In this document: piece by piece, positions 1 through 8,401 of the stretch
Layout of the letters: each line of letters begins with the position of its first letter
How positions within the stretch are numbered: position 1 is the stretch's first letter
Origin: Patescibacteria group bacterium
GTDB taxonomy: Bacteria > Patescibacteriota > JABMPQ01
Length of the DNA stretch: 64,000 nt
Assembly: GCA_041749335.1 (NCBI GenBank)
Contig: JBGTBM010000007.1
Location: forward strand, 85,408 to 149,407
Direction: 5' to 3'
The notes under the pieces: model-generated
The model's database searches: none
Told to the model about the DNA's origin: nothing
What the model saw: the letters and a program-made list of their open reading frames with translations, nothing else
Translations under genes and position numbers: made by a program

Positions 1-973
<973 letters not shown>

Positions 974-1059
974 CTAGGGAGATAATCAATAATCAATTTT
1001 ATTGATAATTGGTCGGTACTTTTTACTGACTGCTATCATCTTTTAGTTGTTAGAGAATA

Positions 1060-1088
1060 TTGATAAATTTTGCGAATCTATTTATAAT
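1060..1088 (+). promoter_or_regulatory. sigma70-like promoter downstream of 16S, upstream of tRNA-Ile
   Basis: TTGATA(1060-1065)-17 bp-TATAAT(1083-1088). Confidence 0.65.
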
Positions 1089-1261
1089 GGTTAAGAGTTA
1101 TTTAAAAATCTTAACTTTTTTTATATAATGAGCCTATATCCACTCGCCATCTGATTCACTTTTGAATTAGTCGGATGAGATTTGTGATCAGGCAAAGCGG
1201 TTTTTATTCAAATTTTGATAATTATAATTTACACTCGGGGCGATTAATATATTAACAATAT

Positions 1262-1297
1262 GGGCTCGTAGCTTCCTTCGACAAGCTCAGGACAAGC
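1262..1297 (+). pseudogene. tRNA-Ile 5' fragment joined to REP-like element
   Basis: GGGCTCGTAGCT is identical to the first 12 nt of tRNA-Ile at 1363; followed by TCCTTCGACAAGCTCAGGACAAGC. Confidence 0.6.
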
Positions 1298-1362
1298 TGT
1301 TCTTATAAAATATTTTTTTAACAAAAAAGAGGAAAAGCATTATTACCAAAAATATTTATCAA

Positions 1363-1439
1363 GGGCTCGTAGCTCAGTTGGTTAGAGCGCGTCACTGATA
1401 ATGACGAGGTCGGAGGTTCAAATCCTCCCGAGCCCACCA
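1363..1439 (+). tRNA. tRNA-Ile(GAT)
   Basis: Cloverleaf; anticodon arm CGTCA-CTGATAA-TGACG; T arm GGAGG-TTCAAAT-CCTCC; encoded CCA. Confidence 0.98.
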
Positions 1440-1700
1440 TTTTACGCGTAGCGTAAAATGCCCTGCGTAGCTCGTATGAGCGGAGCATGGGCAAAAAGAA
1501 AAAAATATTGCATTAAATAACGGCTACGCTCCAAATGGCACAGCCATTTTACTTAAGCGGAACTTCGAATGGCGTAGCCATGAGAAGTAGAAGAATGTTT
1601 TTCGAAGCTCTTGCCGTCGCATAGCCGCTATGGCGAAGCACGGTTAGCGAAGAAGGGCGTATATAATTATATTTATTCTACGCTTCAAATGGCGTGGCCA
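1438..1700. repeat. Field of short palindromes/REP-like repeats between tRNA-Ile and GIY-YIG gene
   Basis: Hairpin CATTTTACGC-GTA-GCGTAAAATG; three copies of CTYCRAATGGCRYRGCCA (1529, 1563, 1683); GCCCT..AGCT..AGCG..GGGC-type hairpins. Confidence 0.75.
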
Positions 1701-1717
1701 AATGATTAAAGGAGGAA

Positions 1718-1960
1718 ATGTATTACGTATACATTATTAAAAGTATCATTTATCCAAATAAAATTTATACCGGATATACGAAGGATTTAAGACAAAGAAT
1801 ACTTGATCACAATAATGGCAAGAATGTATCTACCGGAAAATATAAACCTTGGGAGTTGAAATTTTATTGTGGATTTCGGAATAAATATAAGGCTTTAATG
1901 TTTGAAAAATACTTGAAAACATCCTCAGGCATCGCATTTAAAAACAAAAGGCTAATATAA
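1718..1960 (+). CDS. Stand-alone GIY-YIG nuclease family protein (80 aa)
   Basis: YYVYI...IYTGYT.DL..RI..HN.G...T..YKPW.L...A..FEKYLK motif; SD AAGGAGG. Confidence 0.9.
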   Translation: MYYVYIIKSIIYPNKIYTGYTKDLRQRILDHNNGKNVSTGKYKPWELKFYCGFRNKYKALMFEKYLKTSSGIAFKNKRLI

Positions 1961-1964
1961 AAAT

Positions 1965-2213
1965 ATGAGATTTTTTTTAGGATTATTAGGAATTGGCATT
2001 GGAATAGTTCTTTCGCTCAAATACGAATGGCTTTTGAATAATTTTGGTAGAATTCCATCAGTAGAGAAATATTTAGGTAGCTTTGGTGGAAGCCGGCTAT
2101 TTTATCAGTTGTTGGGAGTACTCATTATATTTTTTTCCGCGCTGTATATGACCGGGATGCTAGGCAGATTAGTGGAGGCAATATTTTCACGCCTCTTTGG
2201 AATAGGTGCATAA
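1965..2213 (+). CDS. Small two-TM hypothetical membrane protein
   Basis: Two hydrophobic helices flanking FGRIPSVEKYLG..GGSRLFY; 4 nt after GIY-YIG stop. Confidence 0.75.
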   Translation: MRFFLGLLGIGIGIVLSLKYEWLLNNFGRIPSVEKYLGSFGGSRLFYQLLGVLIIFFSALYMTGMLGRLVEAIFSRLFGIGA

Positions 2214-2220
2214 ATATTTT

Positions 2221-2808
2221 ATGAATAAATTTTGGTTGTATTTAGTTAGACTAATATTCCTGGCGCTGATATTATTTGAAGCAGCTAATCTTTTTCAGAT
2301 TATAAAATTTGACTTGGATTATAGTTGGTTCGGATTGATTATAACTGCTTTGGCGGTATGGGCGAGTTTAGAAGTTGTCTACTACTTACATCGAAGTAAG
2401 TTTAGTAAAAATATACCCGGCTTGGTAATAATTGTTCCGACTTCAAGCATATTGATTGATGCTTTAGGCGATATATTGAGATATTACAGCAAATTTGAAT
2501 GGTATGATCAGGCGGCTCATTTTATCGGGGGTATGGCGGTGGCGTTGGTAATTTTTTATGTTGTTAGAGTATATGCTAAATATAAAGGATATAAAATGGG
2601 GAATGGTTTTATCGCTCTTTATGCTATTTTCGGAACAGCTTTTTTCGCTGCCTTATACGAGATTGAAGAATATGCCGAAACAATACTTTTAAAAAATAAT
2701 CGCTTGGGTGATAGACTAGACACCCCCAATGATATATTGTTAACAATAATTGGCGGAGCAATTGGAGCATTAATTATTTTATTGTATTTACAAATTAAGA
2801 AAAAATAA
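2221..2808 (+). CDS. Multi-pass membrane protein (DUF2238/VanZ-like)
   Basis: Multiple TMs with WYD..AHF.GG, ALYEI.EY, DT.ND motifs; ATG 2221 preferred over GTG 2206. Confidence 0.7.
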   Translation: MNKFWLYLVRLIFLALILFEAANLFQIIKFDLDYSWFGLIITALAVWASLEVVYYLHRSKFSKNIPGLVIIVPTSSILIDALGDILRYYSKFEWYDQAAHFIGGMAVALVIFYVVRVYAKYKGYKMGNGFIALYAIFGTAFFAALYEIEEYAETILLKNNRLGDRLDTPNDILLTIIGGAIGALIILLYLQIKKK

Positions 2809-2835
2809 TTACTTTAATATTATCCTGGCCTGAAT

Positions 2836-2893
2836 GGGCCCGTAGTATCTTGATAAGAGCGTCCCGATGTTGCATCGGGAAGGTAAGGAGTTC
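2836..2893 (+). pseudogene. Degenerate tRNA-Ala copy with anticodon arm replaced by 19-bp palindrome
   Basis: 30-nt direct repeat 2816-2845 / 2922-2951 including the tRNA 5' end; AGAGCG-[TCCCGATGTTGCATCGGGA]-AGGTAAGGAGTTC aligns to tRNA-Ala. Confidence 0.8.
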
Positions 2894-2941
2894 ACAATTA
2901 GTTATTACAATATTATAATAAAATATTATCCTGGCCTGAAT

Positions 2942-3014
2942 GGGCCCGTAGCTCATCTGGTAGAGCGCCTGTTTTGCACACAGGAGGTGAGGAGTTCGAG
3001 TCCCCTCGGGTCCA
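2942..3014 (+). tRNA. tRNA-Ala(TGC), CCA not encoded
   Basis: Acceptor GGGCCCG/CGGGTCC with G3:U70; anticodon arm CCTGT-TTTGCAC-ACAGG. Confidence 0.95.
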
Positions 3015-3036
3015 TTTAGTTCGGGATTTTTTATTT

Positions 3037-3113
3037 GAGCGTGTAGCTCAGTTGGTTAGAGCGTTACGTTGACATCGTAGAGGTCAGAGGTTCGAATCCT
3101 CTCACGCTCACCA
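3037..3113 (+). tRNA. tRNA-Val(GAC)
   Basis: Anticodon arm TTACG-TTGACAT-CGTAG; T arm AGAGG-TTCGAAT-CCTCT; CCA encoded. Confidence 0.98.
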
Positions 3114-3162
3114 TGTTATGAAAATAACATTGTGAAAAGATTAACTTAACAATAATACTTTT

Positions 3163-3253
3163 GATAGCGAAGTAGACGGAATACTACTTTGATATGGTAG
3201 AAGTCGGACCTGCCTGCCGGCAGGCAGGGGTTCAATTCCTCCTCTACCCACCA
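3163..3253 (+). pseudogene. Val/Ile-like tRNA remnant with 20-bp palindrome inserted in T stem
   Basis: CTACT-TTGATAT-GGTAG arm, AAGTC, GGA[CCTGCCTGCCGGCAGGCAGG]GG-TTCAATT-CCTCC, TCTACCC-A-CCA; 5' acceptor strand missing. Confidence 0.8.
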
Positions 3254-3318
3254 TTTTTCGTCCCGCTAAGCGGGACTCCAAATGGCACAGCCATAAAAGT
3301 AAAAATACTTTATATCAT

Positions 3319-3345
3319 AAAAAACAGCAATCACGCTGTTTTTTT
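3319..3345 (+). terminator. Rho-independent terminator after tRNA cluster
   Basis: AAAAAACAGC-AATCAC-GCTGTTTTTTT. Confidence 0.65.
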
Positions 3346-3388
3346 ATCTAAAAATCGGAAAGAATGGGAAAATAATCTTGAAAAAGGC

Positions 3389-3417
3389 TTGACAAAAAGT
3401 TAATAATATGATAGCAT
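3389..3417 (+). promoter_or_regulatory. Strong sigma70-like promoter of the DGR-target-like gene
   Basis: TTGACA-17 bp-TAGCAT with extended TGn. Confidence 0.7.
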
Positions 3418-3608
3418 ATAAATAAGAATTTCAAGCACTTTTACAAAATATAATATTTAAAATTAAACTGGCCATAGCTAAAAGCAGCTTGTTTTAAGCG
3501 GTTTCTAGCTGTGGCTATAATGATGTAGCCAGAAGCGGGAAATTTTCTAAGGTATGCTGAGGCGAGCGCAAAAAAGCGCTTGTGGGGGCATATCAAGGAG
3601 GAAGACAG

Positions 3609-4202
3609 ATGGGAAAAAGTAATAAGCAGAAATCAGAAGCAGTGACCGGATTGGGACTCGGACTGGGCATGCTCACTCTGGCGGACCAAGTCCGCAAGGA
3701 GATGGGTGTCAGCGACGAGCTGTTCCATCGCCTCACGACCGAAGATGGGCGGCAGGACTGGAAGAAGCTTTTCACCGGTATGCAGGAGGATGACGGCAAG
3801 AAGCACGTCATTGACTGCGATGCCAACCCCTTCGTTCCGGAAGGCTGGGAAGTGATTGAGCACCGGAAGGGCGGGGAGTTCCAGTGGGATCCTACCAAGG
3901 TCGAGCTCTATCTCTGCGACGAGCAGAAGAGCGAATGGATCAAAGGAAACGAGCTTAGAAAGAAGCTCGAGGGCAAACCTGTCCTCAACGCCTGCGTACT
4001 GGATTACCTGCACGCGCATCCCGAACTCATCCCCAACGAGTGGAAAGGCAAGTACATCTTCTTTTGGGGGACGATCTATCGCTTCCAGGATGGCCGTCTC
4101 TCTGTCCGTTCTCTCGGCTTGTGCGCTGATCGGTGGTCCCGGCTTGCCTCTTGGCTCGGCGATCGCTGGTACGACTACGATCCGGCTGTCCTCTGCAAGT
4201 AG
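3609..4202 (+). CDS. Probable DGR target (variable) protein, GC-rich
   Basis: SD AGGAGG before ATG 3609; C-terminus LIP.EWKGKYIFFWGTIYR...RW...WLGDRWYDYDPA; 3' end strongly A-depleted. Confidence 0.75.
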   Translation: MGKSNKQKSEAVTGLGLGLGMLTLADQVRKEMGVSDELFHRLTTEDGRQDWKKLFTGMQEDDGKKHVIDCDANPFVPEGWEVIEHRKGGEFQWDPTKVELYLCDEQKSEWIKGNELRKKLEGKPVLNACVLDYLHAHPELIPNEWKGKYIFFWGTIYRFQDGRLSVRSLGLCADRWSRLASWLGDRWYDYDPAVLCK

Positions 4203-4261
4203 CTCTTGGTGCTAGAAACTATGTTCTTTCCTAACTTTAGATCTTGAACTTTAGACTTTAG

Positions 4262-4298
4262 CCCTGCGTTAATTATTATATTAATGCAGGGTTTTTTG
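4262..4298 (+). terminator. Hairpin/terminator after target gene
   Basis: CCCTGCGTTAAT-TATTAT-ATTAATGCAGGG-TTTTTT. Confidence 0.75.
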
Positions 4299-4468
4299 TT
4301 ATATTCAAAACAATATATATATATATCAGGAAATTGTTAAATTGTTTTTATGATATCTTGTTCTAGTGTTTTTGTGATTTATCCTGATACAAAATTACCT
4401 CCATAATATTTCTACAATGATACATAAATTAGTGGTATAATAAATTAAGAAATCCCAAATATTTGGAT

Positions 4469-7400
4469 ATGTTTTTGAATATAAAAACACTAAGAATTAT
4501 CAAGAAAATATTTATCGCCGCTTTTTTTGGCGTTTTTTTATTTCCATTAATGATCAACGCGCAAGGCGGAGTGTGGGAAAATATTTTTCCCGGATCATTA
4601 AGTTTAACGGCAAATAATGAAGAGGTCGAAATCATTGAATACAAGGGAGATATTTATGCCGGGATCGGGGTGGGAGGCGAGTCGCAGGTTTATCGGTATA
4701 TAAGTGGTGATAATTGGGAGCAGGTTAATAAAAATGCGTTTGAAATTGATGTGGAGCGGGGAGTGGCGTCTATGGCCGTGCATAATGGATATTTATATGT
4801 GGGCGATCGGTTTGATTTGGGGGGCGGATTTGTATTGCGCACCAAAGCGCAGGGCGGCCCGCCTTTTACTGATTGGACCCAAGTGAATATCGGCGGGTTT
4901 GGCGATGTTAATAATCAACAAATATCCGACTTAAAATCTTTTGGCAGCTTTCTTTATGCCGCTACTAAAAATTCAATAACCGGTACGGAAATCTGGCGGA
5001 CGCAAGAGGCGGGGGGTCCGCCCTATACCGATTGGACGCAAGTTAATTTAGACGGTTTTTCTGATGTTAATAATGTAGATACGCCATTTTTAGGTATTTA
5101 CGATGGATACTTATATGCTTCTACCGGTAAATCTTCTGGCGCGGGCGAAGTATGGCGTACAAACAATGGAATCAATTGGTCGCAAGTGCAAACCGATGGC
5201 TTTGGGAATTTAAGTAATTATGCTATGTCGTCTTTCGGGTCTTTTGATAATTCACTAATTGTCGGCTCTGCAAATTTAAACGGCGGCAATTTATTTAAAA
5301 CCATAAACGGCACTTTTTGGAGCGTGGTGAATGCTAACGGGTTTGGCGACACCAATAATAAATCCATTTTCCCTTTATTAAGTATCGGGAATTATTTATA
5401 TTTAGGAACGGAAAATAATTCAGCGGGAGCGGAAATTTATCGTACCGGCGATGGAATACATTTTACTCAAATTAATTCATCCGGATTTGGCGACAGTTCT
5501 TATAAAAGTTTTAAAGCTTTGGAAAATAGCGGCAATTTGTTTATTAATGCCAGCAATTCCGGCGGAGGACAAATTTGGGTGGATTATCCGCCGATTCCCG
5601 GTAATTTAACGGCATCTCAAAATATTAATGACCCGAATAAAATTAATATCACTTTTTCCGCGGATGATCAAAATAAAGCGGACAATTTATTAGCGCGGAT
5701 TGAGTATAATATAGGCAGCGGCTGGAAAAAAGCGACCATCATGGTTAATGACGCAGAAACCAGCGCTACTTACGGCGATCCCAAGGTTAATAATTCGCAG
5801 GATTTTCAAATTGGCGATTCTTTGGGATATATCACCGCATCGACAGGATTAAATACCGTTAAGACAGTTTGGGATTACAGCGTGGATGAACCGAATGTCA
5901 ATACCAATAACGCGCAATTAAGGGTAAAGCTGGACGATCAAATTTTGGAAAGTTCAGATATTACCTCCAATCAATTTTCAATAACTTCAGTATTGCCGGT
6001 ATCATTAATAAAATCATATTCTATTAACAGTCCGGCACCGGCGCCGCCTGCCGACAGCGAGGATAATATTTTTATAACTTCCGCCGGATCTTTGATAAAA
6101 AATATTGGCGGCAATATCAATAAACTAACGCCGGGAAATATTTTCAATATTAACTATTTATTTTACGCTTATTTTGTTTTAGCAATTATACTAGTCATTT
6201 TTATTTCTATTTATTGGTTTTTAAAAAAACAATATTATTACCACTCCAAGAATAGATTACGCCTATCATCCGCCGTTTTTTTCTTAATTTTTAATTTGGG
6301 CTTATTGGGAATATTTTCGTTATTGCAGCCGGTTAAATATTTATCGGCTTCTCCTTACGATGTATTTCCGCGGGACATTATTACTTACCGCATTGAATAT
6401 AAAAATTCATCAAATCAAGACATTCATGATTTGTATATATTGGATGAAATTCCTCAATATTCAACGTATGTCGCAGGATCAATGAATTTAAATGGCGCCT
6501 TGATTACAGATGAACTGGATTTTGACTCCGGAGACTTCAATATCTCGAATCAAAATAAAGTAACATTTTATGTTGGATCGGTAGGAGCCAATAATTCCGG
6601 TTATGTTGAATTTAGGGTTCAGGTTAATGCCAATGCTCCCATGGGCGGGGTGATAGAAAATCAGGCCAGAGGAGCTTTTAATCCGGGGAATATCTTAATT
6701 ACCAGCAACATCATTCAAAATTTTGTGGTAGCTACCGGATCAATTTCCGGCAAAGTGTTTTACGATAACAACCGAGACGGCCAGATTAATTCAAATGATT
6801 GGGGCATTGAAAATGCGCAGGTGAAGCTCTATGAAGATCGGGACCATAATGGATTATTGGATACGGCAGTTGATTATTTTGTTGATAGTAAATCAACTGA
6901 CCAGAATGGTGATTATCATTTTACGGGACTTTCAGCGCAATATTATTTATTTTTTGTTGAAAGCTATTCTTTACCGTCGGGATATATTTTGACAACGGGT
7001 AATATTCCGGCCCAAGCGGTGCTTACGGCTAGCGACCAGCAATATCAAAATGCCAATTTTGGTTATTTTAATCAGCCTCAACTGCCGGTTACTCCCGATA
7101 TCCCGGTAATACCTTCCATTCCTTCCACTTTTGAACCTATCCCTGATAATACCCCTGACGATGAGCAAGAAGAGCCGCCAATTATTGAAGAAGAAGACGA
7201 GGAACCGATAGAAATTCCAGATCGAGAGGAGCCAATTGAACCAATAGAACAAGATAAGCCGATAAAAATTGAAACTGAAGACGTTAAGCCGATTGAAATT
7301 GAAAAACCGGATGAGCCCGGAATTGAAAAAAGAAACTGGCGGGATTATTTAACTTTTTCCCTGCCGATTTTTGCCGCTTTATCTTTAGCTAATTTATTTT

Positions 7401-8359
7401 TTAGCGTTCCCTTTTCCGCTTTGGCAAACTTTTTATATTATTTATTCCAGCTAATCACCCAGCCGTTTTTATTATTAACGCGTGAAAGAAAAAGAGAATT
7501 GGGAGCGGTGTATGATTCGTTAACCAAGCTGCCGCTTGACTTAGCGTTAGTCAGATTATTTGACAAAGACACCGGAAAATTAGTGGAAACCAGAGTTACT
7601 AACAGCAGGGGGCAATATTTGTTTGTCGCGGAAAAAAATAAACAATATTATTTATCTGTCCAAAAAGAAAATTATTATTTTCCTTCAAAACTTTTGGAAT
7701 TTAAGCCCGACGACGATGAATTTAAAAACTTATATTATGGTGGAATAATAAGTACGCAGGATCTTGAAAAAAATAATGGCAAAATTTCTAAAAATATTCC
7801 GTTGGATTTGGAGCGGGGGAAATCGTACGCAGCGGGAGTTCGACATAAAACAATTCAAACTGGAATTAATCAAATTGATGATTTGAAGTCAATGGATGAG
7901 GAAGCTAAATTAAATGAATATAAAAAAATTCGCAAACAATTTACCATAAAAAAAATCAGCCAGATAATCGCATATCTGGGGCCTGCCTACGGTTTATTGG
8001 TATTTATTTTAAATCCAAAGCTGATAACATTTATATTTTTAATTATACATATACTTTTATTGCTGCTATTTATGCGGCTGGCGCAGACTCGGGAAAATAA
8101 GTCCTGGGGAAAATCATTTGATTTGAATACTAAAAAGGGATTAGATAATTGCGTAGTTAGATTATTTGACCAGCAATATGGTAAATTGCTATTTACTACT
8201 TTGAGTAAATCTGATGGCCGCTATGGATTTTTGGCGGGGAAAAATAATTATTTAATTTCGGCGTACAGGGATTTTTATCGCATGCCTCAAGAAAAATTGG
8301 AGATACAAGGCCGGGAAAACGGTATAATTAATAAAGATATTGGACTGGAAAAAAAATAG
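4469..8359 (+). CDS. Large membrane-anchored surface protein (propeller-like repeats, DUF11, SdrD-B-like, acidic/Pro linker, C-terminal TM and carboxypeptidase-regulatory-like domains)
   Basis: Signal peptide; repeated W.QVN..GFGD.NN; ITYRIEYKN..D.IP; GSISGKVFYDNNRDG..TDQNGDYHF; PEEE-rich linker; G.VYDS.TK.PL..A.VRL. Confidence 0.85.
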   Translation: MFLNIKTLRIIKKIFIAAFFGVFLFPLMINAQGGVWENIFPGSLSLTANNEEVEIIEYKGDIYAGIGVGGESQVYRYISGDNWEQVNKNAFEIDVERGVASMAVHNGYLYVGDRFDLGGGFVLRTKAQGGPPFTDWTQVNIGGFGDVNNQQISDLKSFGSFLYAATKNSITGTEIWRTQEAGGPPYTDWTQVNLDGFSDVNNVDTPFLGIYDGYLYASTGKSSGAGEVWRTNNGINWSQVQTDGFGNLSNYAMSSFGSFDNSLIVGSANLNGGNLFKTINGTFWSVVNANGFGDTNNKSIFPLLSIGNYLYLGTENNSAGAEIYRTGDGIHFTQINSSGFGDSSYKSFKALENSGNLFINASNSGGGQIWVDYPPIPGNLTASQNINDPNKINITFSADDQNKADNLLARIEYNIGSGWKKATIMVNDAETSATYGDPKVNNSQDFQIGDSLGYITASTGLNTVKTVWDYSVDEPNVNTNNAQLRVKLDDQILESSDITSNQFSITSVLPVSLIKSYSINSPAPAPPADSEDNIFITSAGSLIKNIGGNINKLTPGNIFNINYLFYAYFVLAIILVIFISIYWFLKKQYYYHSKNRLRLSSAVFFLIFNLGLLGIFSLLQPVKYLSASPYDVFPRDIITYRIEYKNSSNQDIHDLYILDEIPQYSTYVAGSMNLNGALITDELDFDSGDFNISNQNKVTFYVGSVGANNSGYVEFRVQVNANAPMGGVIENQARGAFNPGNILITSNIIQNFVVATGSISGKVFYDNNRDGQINSNDWGIENAQVKLYEDRDHNGLLDTAVDYFVDSKSTDQNGDYHFTGLSAQYYLFFVESYSLPSGYILTTGNIPAQAVLTASDQQYQNANFGYFNQPQLPVTPDIPVIPSIPSTFEPIPDNTPDDEQEEPPIIEEEDEEPIEIPDREEPIEPIEQDKPIKIETEDVKPIEIEKPDEPGIEKRNWRDYLTFSLPIFAALSLANLFFSVPFSALANFLYYLFQLITQPFLLLTRERKRELGAVYDSLTKLPLDLALVRLFDKDTGKLVETRVTNSRGQYLFVAEKNKQYYLSVQKENYYFPSKLLEFKPDDDEFKNLYYGGIISTQDLEKNNGKISKNIPLDLERGKSYAAGVRHKTIQTGINQIDDLKSMDEEAKLNEYKKIRKQFTIKKISQIIAYLGPAYGLLVFILNPKLITFIFLIIHILLLLLFMRLAQTRENKSWGKSFDLNTKKGLDNCVVRLFDQQYGKLLFTTLSKSDGRYGFLAGKNNYLISAYRDFYRMPQEKLEIQGRENGIINKDIGLEKK

Positions 8360-8372
8360 TATGAAATTAGGC

Positions 8373-8401
8373 TTGACATATATTTTTACTGATTATAATA
8401 T
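8373..8401 (+). promoter_or_regulatory. Dedicated promoter of 23S-5S unit
   Basis: TTGACA 8373-8378 with TATAAT (15-bp spacer) or TAATAT (17-bp spacer). Confidence 0.65.

Noticed and set aside
1438-1700. Possible CRISPR array
   Set aside because: Repeats are ~19 nt, degenerate and irregularly spaced; no cas genes.
3194-3403. 69-aa ORF (PACRQAG)
   Set aside because: Reads through the pseudo-tRNA, palindrome, terminator and promoter; repeat-derived.
3593-4215. Alternative-frame and antisense ORFs over the DGR-like gene
   Set aside because: Shadows of GC-rich coding DNA; only the 3609 frame has SD and promoter.
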